Origin: Azolla caroliniana
Lineage: Eukaryota; Plantae; Polypodiophyta
Assembly (NCBI GenBank): GCA_043228905.1
Contig: JBHGNT010000001.1
Span: 36,084,001 to 36,148,000, forward strand
Length of the DNA: 64,000 nt
Reading direction: 5' to 3'
Shown here: positions 1-13,488 of the stretch, piece after piece
Layout: every line of letters starts with the position of its first letter
Numbering within the stretch: the stretch's first letter is position 1
The notes under the pieces: generated by a model
What the model was told of the DNA's origin: nothing
Databases searched by the model: none
Seen by the model: the letters and a program-made list of their open reading frames with translations, nothing else
Made by a program: the position numbers and the translations under genes

Positions 1-2105
1 ATTCAGAAATATTTTTTTCAAGGAGTTCAATTTTGTTTGAATTATACATGAGATAATGAAGTGGTATGTTTGTGCACTCGAGCAATCTCACATGGATGGC
101 GATGATTGACATCAAATTTTGTGTTGAATGGCATAAATAGTAGTAGCACCAGTGTCGGATTCTGGTTTCTAATAAAACGTTTTTGGGTAGAAATATAATA
201 GTAATGTAATTAATTAGCACATAGCTATATGTGGTCCAAAGTGATGGGAAGCTTTTTGTACCAGTATCCATGTTCACTTGGTTGTATGTGCTTTTCTGGT
301 TTCTTACAATTTCTTTTGTTTGTAATATTGAATCAATTGTAATTGTTAAATAAGTGTTTATTATTGGTGATTTAGCATTTCTCTCCATGTAGGAATGATA
401 CCACTCAGTTGTAGTACCACTGTAGTGTATCTCACTCACATTTCAATATAATTATGTCTAAATTCACAGTTCAATTGAATTGCAAGGCTTGGCATGGTAA
501 TTGTGGAAGATGTTTCTTAGAGTCATGTAGGAAAATAATGCCCTTCCCTGTCAGTCAGAAGTAAGTTCCACAGATTTCCCAATTCTAGAGTTGGTGGTCT
601 GAGGAACCATGGGAAGGTAGTGACAAACCTATATTTGTGATGTATACCATAAGTTGGTTAAAGATAGAGCTTGGTTAGCGAGTAAGGCAATTTTTTGTCA
701 CCTTTTAAATGAGTTTTCATTGAGGGTGGTAGAGCTTTGCCCACCCCTCATATCAAGTGGTGTTTGACTACCTTGGGTATAGGGAGATGTATAATTCTAG
801 AGTTGGTGGTCTGAGGGACCATGGGAAGATTGGTCATTTGGTAGTGAAAAACTTATATTAGTGGTGCACATTAATGGAATAAGGCAATTTTTTGTTACCT
901 TTTAAATGGCTTTTCATTGAGGTCATTGAGGGTGGTACTCTACGAAGAGAGCCTACGAAGCGAAGGAACAAGAAAGATACTAAGCTCTAGTGTGTCTCGA
1001 AACTTCGACTCATTCGTTGAGCAACGAGAAACTAAAGCATAAAGTGTGACACAAGTTTCAATGAAAAGAAAGTGTGCAAAGATTTTGCCTTTTGAGTGGA
1101 TATTAAAATAACAAAAGAGCAGCTTCAATATATCTTAGAGATCTATCTCATGGTGACTCTTGCTATTTATGGTTGATAATAAATGTTGAATACCACGATT
1201 TTGATGACAAGAAAGTGTACATGTACATATAATTGGTTTTGTGTGGATCTTATTATAGTAAAACGCTATGGAGAAGGACACATTTTATTAGCAGGTGTCT
1301 CCACGTCCTTTTCTTATATGACAGAAGGACCGATGGTATCTAAATAAGCATTTTGCTAATACTAGCAATTGTTGTAAGATAAGGGCCAAAATTGGTGTGT
1401 AGAACAACGAGAAACTACATATCCATGTTTGTTTCTCCTTGTAATTCTGCTGGACTGTCGATAAACAATGTGTCAATCAATGGTTGTTGGGCTTCCGAAA
1501 TGATCACATTGATGGATTTTGCCGAATTTCATTTCTCATAATCCTCAGTAAACATGGCGGTTCCCTTGTTTCTCGTACACGAGCTTAAGCGCTCGATTGG
1601 CTGGCCACCACACTTTCACGCGTAAATGTTTAACCAGGATGTGCAGAGTGATTTAATTGACGGAAGTGAGGTTTGTATGCCTGCGTTTTAAGTATTAATT
1701 ACTCTGCAGGCAGAAGAAGGGCAATATTCAACGGGGTTAGTTATATATAAGAATTGTATGAGAAAATCAAAGACATTAATTGTTGGCACGTCTGCACATT
1801 CACTGTGGTGACGTTTTCTTGCATAATTAATAAATGGCGAACATTCATCATCTCTCAAATAAACCACAAATATCAATCAGCCAAACTCCGATGAGATTCA
1901 ATGAAACAATTATATCTGTGGGCTTATTCTATAAAGTGGATTTGCTCTTAGAAAAATGAAAATCCAATGAGTTGGGAGCATAATTAACGGATATGTGGGT
2001 CGTCATTCCATCGTATCCGTCGCCTTTTTCCACAGAATGAAAACTGGGCTTACAAATCAAAAATCATGTAGAGATGTGGAAAAATACCCCTTCTCATAAT
2101 AGAGC

Positions 2106-2139
<34 letters not shown>

Positions 2140-2285
2140 CACAGAGCATTATATCTGTCTGAGATTTTCTATACAAAAACAAAACACGATCTAACTTTGA
2201 ATAGAAACGTGGGCTTCTGAAAACAATGTAAAAATAAAGTAAAATTCAGCCTCCCATGGAGGCCCCAAGCACCACAATTTGTTCA

Positions 2286-3047
2286 CTACCTCTTCGTTAA
2301 CCCATTAAGAGAATGCATACTTATGACATGGGCAGTGTTGTTGTTACTCGAGCCCAAACCCATGTCCTGGTCTTTGTCTTGGTGATCATCAGCCCTGCAG
2401 CCGCCCAATGGATCCTCGACATGTCCGCCCACCACATGCTTCCCGAGTGGCAACAAGAACAGCGCATCCGGCTGACTTTCCAACAGCTCCCCGAGGGCAT
2501 TGTACCAGGCTACAGCCGCCGTAAGCAGGCCCATGAAGCCGCCCGCTCGATGCACCGCTGTCCATTGCCCGAACTCCGCGGTAGTCAGCAGCGTGAATGT
2601 GGCGGCCACAAGCGCGAAGAGAGCACATAGTGCGGTGGAGGTGCGAACACTCCCTAGAAACATGATGAAGGTGAAGATGGTCCAGCCCAGCAAGTAGATG
2701 GCCTTGGCATGGGCCAGAACATTGTTACCGCCGGCGGCCAAGTAGGCGTCGGAAACGCCGAAGGCGGGGACAAAGAGGGCGGAGTAGGAGATCCAGAAGG
2801 CACCGTAGGATGTGAAGGCGGTGGCGGCGAAGGCATCACCGTAGACAAATGCCCACATTCCAGCCAATGCCTGGGCTCCGCCGCCGTAGAACAAGCCGAG
2901 CGTGACGATGGCATTGATGGGGTCGGTCGCGGACATGCCGAAGATGCCGGCATTGTAGCACGAGATAACGAATGTGGTGAGCGCGAAGCTGAAGAGACCC
3001 AGTGGGGCAGGGTGGGCAATGTTGGGGGCGGCGCGATTCCTCGCCAT
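2286..3047 (-). CDS. GPR1/FUN34/YaaH (SatP/Ady2/ATO) acetate channel family protein, copy 1, 253 aa, intronless
   Basis: First ATG at 3047 (the ORF track starts at an upstream TTG). Motifs AHPAPLGL, FYGG, SYGAFW and AAVAWY; about six hydrophobic helices; GC-rich against AT-rich flanks. Confidence 0.92.
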   Translation of the reverse strand: MARNRAAPNIAHPAPLGLFSFALTTFVISCYNAGIFGMSATDPINAIVTLGLFYGGGAQALAGMWAFVYGDAFAATAFTSYGAFWISYSALFVPAFGVSDAYLAAGGNNVLAHAKAIYLLGWTIFTFIMFLGSVRTSTALCALFALVAATFTLLTTAEFGQWTAVHRAGGFMGLLTAAVAWYNALGELLESQPDALFLLPLGKHVVGGHVEDPLGGCRADDHQDKDQDMGLGSSNNNTAHVISMHSLNGLTKR

Positions 3048-3148
3048 TGTTCGCAAGGTGGGGTTTTGTGAGGACAAACAACAAATGAAAACGAAAATGA
3101 GAATGATGAGTGGTGAGTGATGAGTTAGGAGAGGATAAAGGATGAATG

Positions 3149-3179
<31 letters not shown>

Positions 3180-4418
3180 GAGTAAGCAAAGAGAAGAGGA
3201 TGGATTGGATTGTGGTTAAGAGTGATTGGAAAGTGAGAGCAATAAAATGAGTACCTGATACCAAATGTGGATGAATTTTGTTTGAAGAATGGTGCGGTGC
3301 GGGGGTGTGCCTTTTGTAGCGACTTCTTGTGTGGGTCTTTAAATGAATGATGACACATTAGAATATGTACCTATAACTCTTATGTATTTGTTATACCTTG
3401 TTTTCTATGGGCTCACACATATCGATTCAAAGGCGAAGTGCATCACCCACCCCCGTATTCTTTTTCTAAGTTAATTGTATGTATTTGTCAATCCCATGCA
3501 TCTCTCTTTGAGTGAGTGAGTGTGTGTGTGTGTACACGTGTACGTCAGGCACATTTCGGACGCATTTGTTTTGTCTCGTTTATTGTGTTCTAGTTCCAAG
3601 TTGTACCAATAGAGCATCTTTCAATGCAAATTCGATTCTTTTCATATATACTATACTATATGGGCAGGCAACGTGCATAGAGAGCGAGATTTGCAACTTT
3701 GACATTGCCGCTAATATAATCTTCGTTCACTCTACATGGCAATATGTCACTTTCGTTCCCATCGATCATATTTGACCTCTGAGACCTATAAAAATGTATC
3801 TCTCGTTCTCGCCCCTCTTATTATTCGTATCTCGTCCTATGGGTCTCATTCTTCGCCCCCATTTTTTGGTTTGTTGCACCCCCCGAAACGCCATTGTTTA
3901 AGCATAGAGTAAAGGTGTTCTCGTTTAAGAGACGAATAGAACCCAATTGACATTCCTATGTCAAAACTAGTTCAACGTAATAACAAATCACATGCATTTA
4001 AACAATAGTAAATTTTGGAAATTTTGGAGAGCTAACCTGTTATGGAGGAGGACAATTTTGATTGGTTAGTAGTAGGCAAATGGAGAAGCCTCTAGTTCTT
4101 AAAATATGATTTCCTTCCACATCAATGTTCCTTTCTTAGGTCCCAAGAAAGTGTTGTTTCCTTTTTTATGCCCATGACATGCCTAAAGATCATTGTTGTT
4201 ATGTCGTATATCAACTTTGGGTAATGATTTCAATATCTTCTTTGATTCGGCATCAAGTGCGCCAAGCGCCCTCAAAATCTGTACGCAAAAAGTTTCTTTC
4301 ATTTTCTCTACATCTATGTAATGACTTCAAGATTTTTCATTTAATGTTATGATATGTGCATTCGGAGATACCTTTTTGAGCATTAAAAATGAACACCAAA
4401 CTCTCTAAACAAATATTT

Positions 4419-5212
4419 TGCTTGATATTCAATGGTAAACTACTAGCCTTTAGTCGTTGAGGCTTAGAGTTCATTTGATCGTAAGTTAGGTCTTTATATG
4501 CAATGAAGTTTGTGACCTCGATCTTCTGAAGGTTTACCAAACCCTAATGTGAACGAAAGAAAAAGGTTGGTTTAAATTTAAGAATTGAATAATACTGAAT
4601 CAAACAATAAATTAAACACAACCTAAACATGGAGAAATTTAACTACGTTTTTTGTTAAAGAAGACCTAGGAATGAAGGCTCCATGACTTGAAATTAACAA
4701 CATGACCCATGCAAGTACACCTTTGGGTGTTGTGATTGGTCCTTGTTGTTGATGTTCAATTTTTCTTAGTTTTGTCCAACGACCGAATAATCACCCTTCC
4801 GAACAACTATTTCTCTGCTTGATATTCAATGGTAAACTACCAGCCTTTAGTCGTTGAGGCTTAGAGTTCATTTCATCGTAAGTTAGGTCTTTATATGCAA
4901 TGAAGTTTGTGACCTCGATCTTCTGAAGGTTTACCAAACCCTAATGTGAACGAAAGAAAAAGGTTGGTTTAAATTTAAGAATTGAATAATACTGAATCAA
5001 ACAATAAATTAAACACAACCTAAACATGGAGAAATTTAATTACGTTTTTTGTTAAAGAAGACCTAGGAATGAAGGCTCCATGACTTGAAATTAACAACAT
5101 GACCCATGCAAGTACACCTTTGGGTGTTGTGATCGGTCCTTGTTGTTGATGTTCAATTTTTCTTAGTTTTGTCCAACGACTGAATAATCACCCTTCCGAA
5201 CAACTATTTCTC
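4419..5212. repeat. Direct tandem duplication, 2 x 397 bp
   Basis: TGCTTGATATTCAATGG starts at 4419 and again at 4816; both copies end CAACTATTTCTC; only a few substitutions. Confidence 0.93.
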
Positions 5213-5789
5213 TTGCAATGTTATTGTGCCTTCTAGATATGTATGTCACTACAACAAAATTCCACCTCCAATCTGTCGAAGAGGTAGCCAAATATTTGAA
5301 ACTCTACTAAATTTATGATGCCTATATTCTTAAACAAAATTATTCTCATTGCATGTAACTAGTTGCCTACAATAATGATTTCCATTTTTCCAATTTCCGA
5401 AATTCTTTTTTGGCTTCGTGGTAGTATGTTGGGGACTCTACGCAATTCGTGATCAATTTTGTTGTCAACCTATATTTAATCATCTCGCTTTGAATTCCTT
5501 TCCACAATAACTATTACATGCTTTGCTAACACATGTATGAGCCCATTTCTTATTGCTATTAGGATGATAGGATGTAAAAATCCATTTTGGGTTTATGAGT
5601 AAGTTTGGACGTGTTATACGAGGTGTTAATGTGCTCATATGTGTGTATTCTATTATTGTAGGATGAATTTCATTCGTAGCGATAAACCTCACAATTCGTC
5701 CTTGACATATACCCTTGGAATTACTTGATTACGTTGTTTTCATTTTCCACTTCCATTTTGCGTGGAGTGCAAAATAGAAACTGCGATAA

Positions 5790-6243
5790 TGTTCGGTATT
5801 TTGTCCCTCCTATTGGGAGAAGCTGACGACCAAATTCTAGTCAGTTGACTGGATTGACCAACGAGTCGACTGAACTGAAGGACTTTGAGAGTCAACCAGT
5901 CAAGTCCACCAAGAGGTGGAAGATAGAGGAGCTAATGCAAAATTATTCTTGAAAGTTGTAGCTGTAGTATTAAGTGAGATAAGAGATACATAGAGTAGGT
6001 GTGAAGAAAAAGAGCGTGAGTGTGAGTGGCGGCACAGTTTTGTGAAACTTGCCGAAACCTTACTAAGGGACTCTCTAAGATTCAAGTTTTGTAACCTGCC
6101 TTTGTACACTTGAATCATAGTGAAATTTTGATGCCCGTGGTTTTCCCCATTTTAAGGTTTCCATGTAAATCTTCTATACTTTAAGTTTTTGGATTGTGTT
6201 TTCAATCTACTTTCTCTGTTCATCTTCGGTCTTAAACCCATCA
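5790..6243 (+). mobile_element. Degenerate Ty1/copia solo LTR related to element E
   Basis: TG...CA ends with flanks GATAA/GACAA (5-bp TSD, 1 mismatch). The start TGTTCGGTATTTTGTCCCTCC and internal CCCGTGGTTTTCCCCATTTTAAGGTTTCCATGTAAA resemble the reverse complement of the E LTR. Confidence 0.65.
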
Positions 6244-6849
6244 GACAATTCGGACGACACAATTGTGAACCATAAATAAATGTTTTCTCCATTAATGCAA
6301 GACACAATTTTGAGCATGTAAGCAACAAATTCATTGCTAGGTGCTCCCGGTGACAATCCCCCCAACCCCCTCATAAAAAAACAAAGCTTAAATGACATGT
6401 TTTATGTAGCCTCCAATGTAGGGCAGGATAATACATGTATGTAGTACAGACCGAGGAGAAATGATGGTATAGGGAGGGTTGACAGGCCTAATTTACTATG
6501 TAAGGAGGTCTGACACTATCTCGTTTCATCGCGGGAAATGTGTGCACAAAGAAAGAACTCTTGGAAACATCATTGACGAAATGATTGGGGTTCTATATGT
6601 ATGTATATGTAACATGTATATATGTGTATACCAGACTTTAGAATGCCCTCCATTTATCTAAAAGAATTGTATACAATGGCTCCAAAGCACCACAGTTTTG
6701 AGCTTGGCTTATTATTACATTAGTTCACCTTTTGGTTAGCTCATTGAGGGAAGGCATTCTTATTTATTACATGAGAGTGGTGGTGGTGGTGGTCGGTATT
6801 CGAACCCACGACCACGTTTTTGTGGTGGTGGTAGTGGTGGTGGTGATCA

Positions 6850-7503
6850 TCAGCCGTCCGCTGGGCCTTCTGTCCGGCCGTCCACGTGCTTCCCGAGTGG
6901 CAAGACGAACAGCCCATCCGGCTGACTGTCCAAGAGCTCCCCGAGGGCGTTGTACCAGGCCACAGCCGCCGTGAGGAGGCCTACGAAGCCGCCTGCCCGA
7001 TGCACCGCCGTCCATTTTTGCCCGAACTCGGCGATGGTGAGCAGCGTGAATGTGGCGGCCACGAGCGCGAAGAGAGCGCAGAGTGCGGTGGAGGTGCGGA
7101 CGCTCCCTAGAAACATGATGAAGGTGAAGATAGTCCAGCCCAACAAGTAGATGGCCTTGGCATAGGCCAGGACATTGTTACTGCCGCCGCCGGCCAAGTA
7201 GGCGTCGGACACGCCGAAGGCCGGGACGAAGAGGGCGGAGTAGGAGATCCAGAAGGCGCCGTAGGATGTGAAGGCGGTGGCGGCGAAGGCATCACCGTAG
7301 ACGAATGCCCACATCCCCGCCAACGCCTGGGCCCCGCCGCCGTAGAACAAGCCAAGCGTGACGATCGCATTGATGGGGTCGGTCGCCGACACGCCGAAGA
7401 TGCCGGCATTGTAGCACGAGATGACAAATGTGGTGAGCGCGAAGCTGAAGAGGCCCAGTGGGGCGGGATTCGCAATGTTGGGGGCGGCACGCTGCTTCTT
7501 CAT
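6850..7503 (-). CDS. GPR1/FUN34/YaaH acetate channel family protein, copy 2, 217 aa; C-terminal tail cut short by a frameshift
   Basis: ATG at 7503; canonical ANPAPLGL and SYGAFW motifs; near-identical to copy 1 across the membrane domain. Confidence 0.92.
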   Translation of the reverse strand: MKKQRAAPNIANPAPLGLFSFALTTFVISCYNAGIFGVSATDPINAIVTLGLFYGGGAQALAGMWAFVYGDAFAATAFTSYGAFWISYSALFVPAFGVSDAYLAGGGSNNVLAYAKAIYLLGWTIFTFIMFLGSVRTSTALCALFALVAATFTLLTIAEFGQKWTAVHRAGGFVGLLTAAVAWYNALGELLDSQPDGLFVLPLGKHVDGRTEGPADG

Positions 7504-8635
7504 CGGCGCCCGCAATGGGGACAAACAACAAGACTTGATATAGAGGTCCAGGGAAATGGTGCCGACTATGATTATGAGATAAATAATTTAGACTTGATCA
7601 AAAGAAAGAGGATTTGACGAAGAGATTGGCTTTGTAGATGAACGCTCAATGTGTTGGATCTCCAAGGATACAATACAAATAAATGTGTTGTGTTGGATTG
7701 ATGAGAAAAGAACAATGTCAAATTATGAAATTTTGATGAATGATAGGAGGGTGTGGGATTGCCTTTTGTAGCGACTCACAATTTCTTCATAAATTATATG
7801 TACATATATATTATATATGTACATATATGTATATATATATTTATGTATGTATGTATATTTATTTGTATTTGCATCTATGGGCTCATACACCCATTGAAAA
7901 CCTGAAGAGTACCCATGTTCTTCACCCTAAGCTCATCAAGATTCAAGCCTCACACACACATGTATGAGAAGGTCATTGTTGCCGCACCACATTTGTCGTC
8001 TTCTTCTTCTTCGTCTTCTTTTTTATGGGGTTGTAGTATGTATCGAGCAAGCATCTTTGAATACTACGTTTTCGTTTCTTTCATCATAAATTAAGATATG
8101 TGTATACCGGTGTGCGGCCCTCGTGTGTTGTGCCGACTTAAAAGGCCAAAGTGCGAGGGACCCCTTGCTCTATACCTCCAATCACGTCTTTTTCTCTCTC
8201 ACTCACTCATTCACTCACTAAAGATGCTTTACAACTTTGACATTGTCATTAATCATCTCCAACATATGCTATTGATAATTGCTTCCTTTTTTGTTCCATA
8301 GTTCATACATTTTTTACCTTCGTCACACTATACTAAAAATATATCTTTCAACCCCCTCATTATTCGTACATTTCCCTTTCATCCTTCTTCTTCCCGCCCC
8401 ATTTTATGCCACATCACATCAACCCCTAACATACCTTGGCTTGTTGGATCATAAAATGATAATCCTCATAGAGTCCAATAGAGTTTATTTGGCATTCCAT
8501 ATGATTTTTCCAATAGCATTGAGAAAGAATATTATCTTCACCTTAATAAAGTATGACCAAAGTTATTTTGTTTGTAACCTATATCTTAAGAGGCATTAAA
8601 GTAGTCACCTTGATTTTCAAACCTTTAAGCTAAAC

Positions 8636-9254
8636 CATAGATTGACATATTCGCATTCGTGGGGTTTCCCATTCGAATGCATACGCATACGCATACGAAT
8701 GAATGGTCAAGTATTCGTTAATCCCCAACAAAAAGAAAAATAGAGAGTCCAAGAACTCCCTCCTTTTTTAGTTTCTAGGATAAAAAAAAGGGACTTCACA
8801 ATAAAAAGGGATATTAAGAGAGGGACTTGACACTAATAAATTTTTATAATAAATATAAAAGTATTCCTTTTATTTTTAATAAATAAATAAAATACAATAA
8901 AGGTTCATTAATACTCACTTTTTATTCTCTCAAAAATTATAGATATTTTTATTTTGATATTAAAAATTGGACTTCACACTAATCATATTTCTATAATAAA
9001 TATACAAATACTCGTTTTTAAAAATTAATTAATTAATTAAAATAAAGGTTCATAAACTTCCCCGTTTTTTATTTGACACTATAAAAGACAGTTAATACTA
9101 ATCATATGTATATAATAATATAATCATGATTGTTCTTTTTTTAGTGAATTATTATTTAAATAAAAAAATGAACTAATTAATATTTCGGGCCATTTCGTAT
9201 TCTCGAATATTGAGAATACACGCATGGAGAATATCACGCATGTGTCAATCTATG
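8636..9254. mobile_element. Non-autonomous hAT-type DNA transposon (619 bp)
   Basis: TIRs CATAGATTGACA.AT / AT.TGTCAATCTATG; perfect 8-bp TSD AGCTAAAC (8628-8635, 9255-9262); AT-rich noncoding core with subterminal ATTCG/CGAAT motifs. Confidence 0.88.
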
Positions 9255-12200
9255 AGCTAAACGAATAAAAAGGTAGATCAAAACATCTTCAACACAAATT
9301 TACACTAAATCATTGAACCCTATTAATTTCATAAGAATGTCCAATAAATCCCTTTTTAAGATCTAGAATATATTAATTGTAATTCACGTTTATAACTTAT
9401 AATTATAATTTGTGTGTATGTGTGTGATATGTGATGGATTTCAAACTACCTATAAAAGATCATGAAAATATCATTTACAAAATTTGAACCTTAAGTAACA
9501 TTTATGTATTTGGTAATATGTTTGTGTTCAAGTTTGGTATTAGATATGATCTAGCTAAAGGCTCCAACACTTGATATTAACTACATGGCCCATGCATGTA
9601 CATCTTTTAATGTTGCTATATGTTCTTATGGCTTAAACCCAAAATTTCTATCATTGGTTCCATGGCAAACCGGGCACTTAGATACTTTTATGTCAACCAT
9701 ATCCATCCAGTTTGAGCAATCCAAAGACAATAAAAAAGGATTCCGCTTTAAATTTTGATCACTTATTACATATATTAGGGGGGTCTTAATACTTTGAATA
9801 TTCAGACGTTGAATTGTATTAATCATGATCAGTATAATAAGAGATCAAGGAAAATAATATATTAAGGATGCTTAACCACACTGACAACCCCCAAGCAAAG
9901 GACACGAGGCAACCATAAATTATCATCGATACAACCTAATAGTACCTTATGTTATACATTAGTAGATGAATAATGGATTCGAAGAAGAGAGCTCAACCTC
10001 ACCAATCCAGTCTCGACAACGTCTCAAAGTTCCAAAAGGGGTAGTTTGTTCCATTTATATAGCCCAATACCACGTGGTTCCGCTATCATATATCCTTATG
10101 GGGTTGTCCTAAGTTCTAGGATAATTCGTTTCCCACATATCCTACCCTGAAACTATTAACACTAGCTTTAGAATTTGTCCAAAAATGTATGCTATATAGC
10201 ATCATATCTTTAATGATTCATCACAATTTTTTATTTTCCAAAAAAATGATTCATCACAATTGAAGAGCACATGTATTACCATGTTTTTAATTGTTTTTTG
10301 TTTTCATTTCTTGGTTTTGGAAATGTAAAAGGAGTTATTAATACGAAAAAGGTGTGTGGTGCACCGTGCATCTGTGTATGTATATGTGAATTTCGAAAAA
10401 CATTTATATAGATGTTATTAAGTGAATTTCTACCACAACAATTAACCTTGTTATTCATGTGTGACTTATGCTCTCGAAATCACTTGAATAAGATCTTCAC
10501 ATTCTCATTTCTTTTGTATGATGGACAAATTGAAAACCTAAAAGTCTGATGGACGCAATCGCAATGCCTAAGTAAACACCCAATGATTATGAATTAATTG
10601 GCTCCTACTAAACTTTGTAAATATCTTTAACAGTTGAATAGACATATTTTAAAGAATTTAAATAAACCAAAAGTAGGGTGACTCTTGGGTTTTGGGAATC
10701 ACAATGTTTTGTTTGTCTCACATGCATTACTTGTCATTGTCATCACTAACGTCTCTGAATAAACAAGTAACAACATTAGCAAATTAGGTAGAATATTTTC
10801 GAAATATCCTTGATGAGGTAAGATGCTCTCAATGCAAAGTAGATTTATGGACATTTTTAAATGGGTTTTTCATTATGTAACAAATCCATGGAAGTTTCTC
10901 TTTCATCATTTCCCACCTTTTCATTTTTATGTTGACAAATCCATAAGGTTTTCTTTCTAGTTTACTTTATTGTTTCTTGCCAATACTCTCATTTACAAAT
11001 TCCCATCAATGATTTGATCCATGAAAAAGATATTAAGACTTTCATGCATAAAAGGCAATAGGCAACATGTACAGTTGCAACTATTGGAGTTTCTTGCCAT
11101 GTGGAACAAAAGAATATTTTATAGACTGATTTCTAATAAGGTGGACGCTGGAGTGGTTCTACTCTACACCGAAGTTTTGATTTAAGACATCAATTAGACG
11201 TTACCACAGAGCTCATTATCTAAATGTACATCATTCATGTATAGCATTAGGGCATTTATCTTAATACTAATGTAATATCTTTCTTGGAAAAAGATAAAAG
11301 AAGGTATTAGAAATTTCCTTCTACAATATGCAAACCGACATTTTTGTAATTTTCTCATATACACATTTAACATGAGGTGAAGTGCATTGAACAAGATTAG
11401 CATCCAATTCTAAGTTCCATGTTGAAAAACAAAAAGGCAACATGTAAGCACAATGGTTCATGCCTTGCTTTGACAAATGCATTAACTAAACTTTGTTGTG
11501 ACGCTATCAAATTGCATCAAATAGAAGGAATGTTGAGCAATATATGTGGCACTAACTCTAGTGATGAAGGGCAAAAATCCATATTCAGCTTGTAAAAAGA
11601 TGGGGTTTTTTTGAACCCAGTGTTGTTGAGACTGATGAAGCTACACGAGTGTTCAATAGTTTTCTAGTTAATTATCTTGCAATTTTCTTTGTAATAGTGG
11701 ACTATTTTGTATATTGCCCTGGGCCACTTTATGTTAATACCACAATGGAGGATATTTTTATGGATAAAAATTATGTCGTAAAGCTAAGTATTATATAAAG
11801 AATCATGCAATTCAGTTTGAGACTCTGTGCTATTAAATGAGACAACAACAATGGGGTTGCCTCACAATTACATCCTCAAAGTTATACCCCTCCCACGACA
11901 TGTAAAACATGCTTATACATGTGATTGCTTGTGAAAAATGTGATCAATGTCAATTCTCTTTAAAGAATTGGAGTCTAGGATCATTGTTATCGCCAATGTA
12001 GTTCATGAATATCGAATGCTTTTATGGCAAATAAACATGGTTGAACCTTCCAGAGCCATCATACATCACTAAGATAGAGATCCAGGAAAGACACCTTATA
12101 CATCTAGAGGGGAATTGATATGAGACATTTTCTTACCTATTTCATTGTTGATTATTGAGCACTTATCTCATCATTGTTTTAAGACTTCCTTCCCAAATTA

Positions 12201-13390
12201 TTTTCCTGAATAATTTATGCCAATTGTTTATGCATGGCTCAACATTTTAATGATAATGTGTGACCTTTGCAAAAGAAGCTGATTGAGCACTCTTCCATTC
12301 AATGCCTTTCTTCAGAAACAACTCAAGTAGATATACGACTCAATGAAACGGACTTTGCATGAGCTTCAAGAATTTTGAAAATCTCATGATATTCTCATGT
12401 TGCCATTATGCATATTGATGTTGAGATGAAATAGTGAAAAAATCGGAATTAAGTATCATCTTCTTTTAATTTCGATAATTGTCTAAGGTTTTACTTAGAA
12501 TATTTATTGTAAAGTTTACTTGCATTTATAAATTCTATGTTTTCTATTAATATTTATGTTTGGTCTCTATCGTTTTTTATTATAGTCAACGCAGTTTTCA
12601 TGAAAATCCAAGAGATCATGATGAAAACATTTGTGTATCGGACATGGGATGAAGTTGCTCAACAAGATTTGGGTTTCAAATGAATATGTCATCTTTTTAA
12701 AGATTTGAAGTTACATATGAATGTTTACTAGTTCCAATACCTTTTGAAAGTGTTTCAATTCTAAAAGAAAACATAGGGTAAAAAACAAGATGAAATCTAT
12801 GGGGAGTGCTCTCGGAAGGGCAAAGCAAAAGAAAAGTTGCACAATGTTGAAGGAAGTGACAAAAGCATTGGCTAACCAAGAAATGAATCCATTTCTCTCA
12901 ACAAATAATACCTCGCATTTTGTATTATATAGTATATTTGTTGGGAAGTAGAAAATATGTCCACATTCATCCCGGAGAAGGCTTTCAACTGATCGATTTA
13001 GAAAACATTATGGTTTAGAATAGAAGGCTTTCCTTACGATGAGGAAACATATAAATGATATCCAATTTAAAGCAATGTCGGAGGAGTTTCCTAAATCATT
13101 GGAGGCTTAATGTCATCATCCACCCCCAAGAGCAATGGAATTCTTGGAATGGTAAGATTATTTTAGATCTAATGTATTTATTATAAATCTTCTCTAGCAT
13201 GAATATCCTTTATTTCAACTAACATTGATCACAAAATAAGTCATGTGCCATCGTACAAATTTATGAATTGCAAATTTAGGATGCGACAATGAGACCTTGT
13301 TCAAAGGAACGATATATACTCCACCGACATATAATATGTGACAATGAGGCTTGTTGTGCATCGAAGTTTGATCTTGATTGTTCTACGTCC

Positions 13391-13488
13391 TCTAGATAAT
13401 GAAACCTAGGTGTGTTTATATTGTGAGTTATTGAATCGATCTAGATAATGAAACCTAGGTGTGTTTATATTGTGAGTTATTGAATCGA
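13391..13488. repeat. Tandem duplication, 2 x 49 bp
   Basis: TCTAGATAATGAAACCTAGG...TTGAATCGA repeated exactly at 13391 and 13440. Confidence 0.9.

Noticed and set aside
2313-3264. Overlapping and antisense ORFs on the channel genes (also at 6.7-7.5 kb and 14.3-14.8 kb)
   Set aside because: Shadow frames of GC-rich coding sequence; their similarity simply reflects paralogy.
9826-10161. Possible solo LTR (TG...CA, minus-strand TATA near 10055)
   Set aside because: No matching TSD and no second copy in the window.
10700-13300. Possible decayed DNA-transposase region
   Set aside because: Only vague fragments; no motif, TIR or TSD that I can defend.
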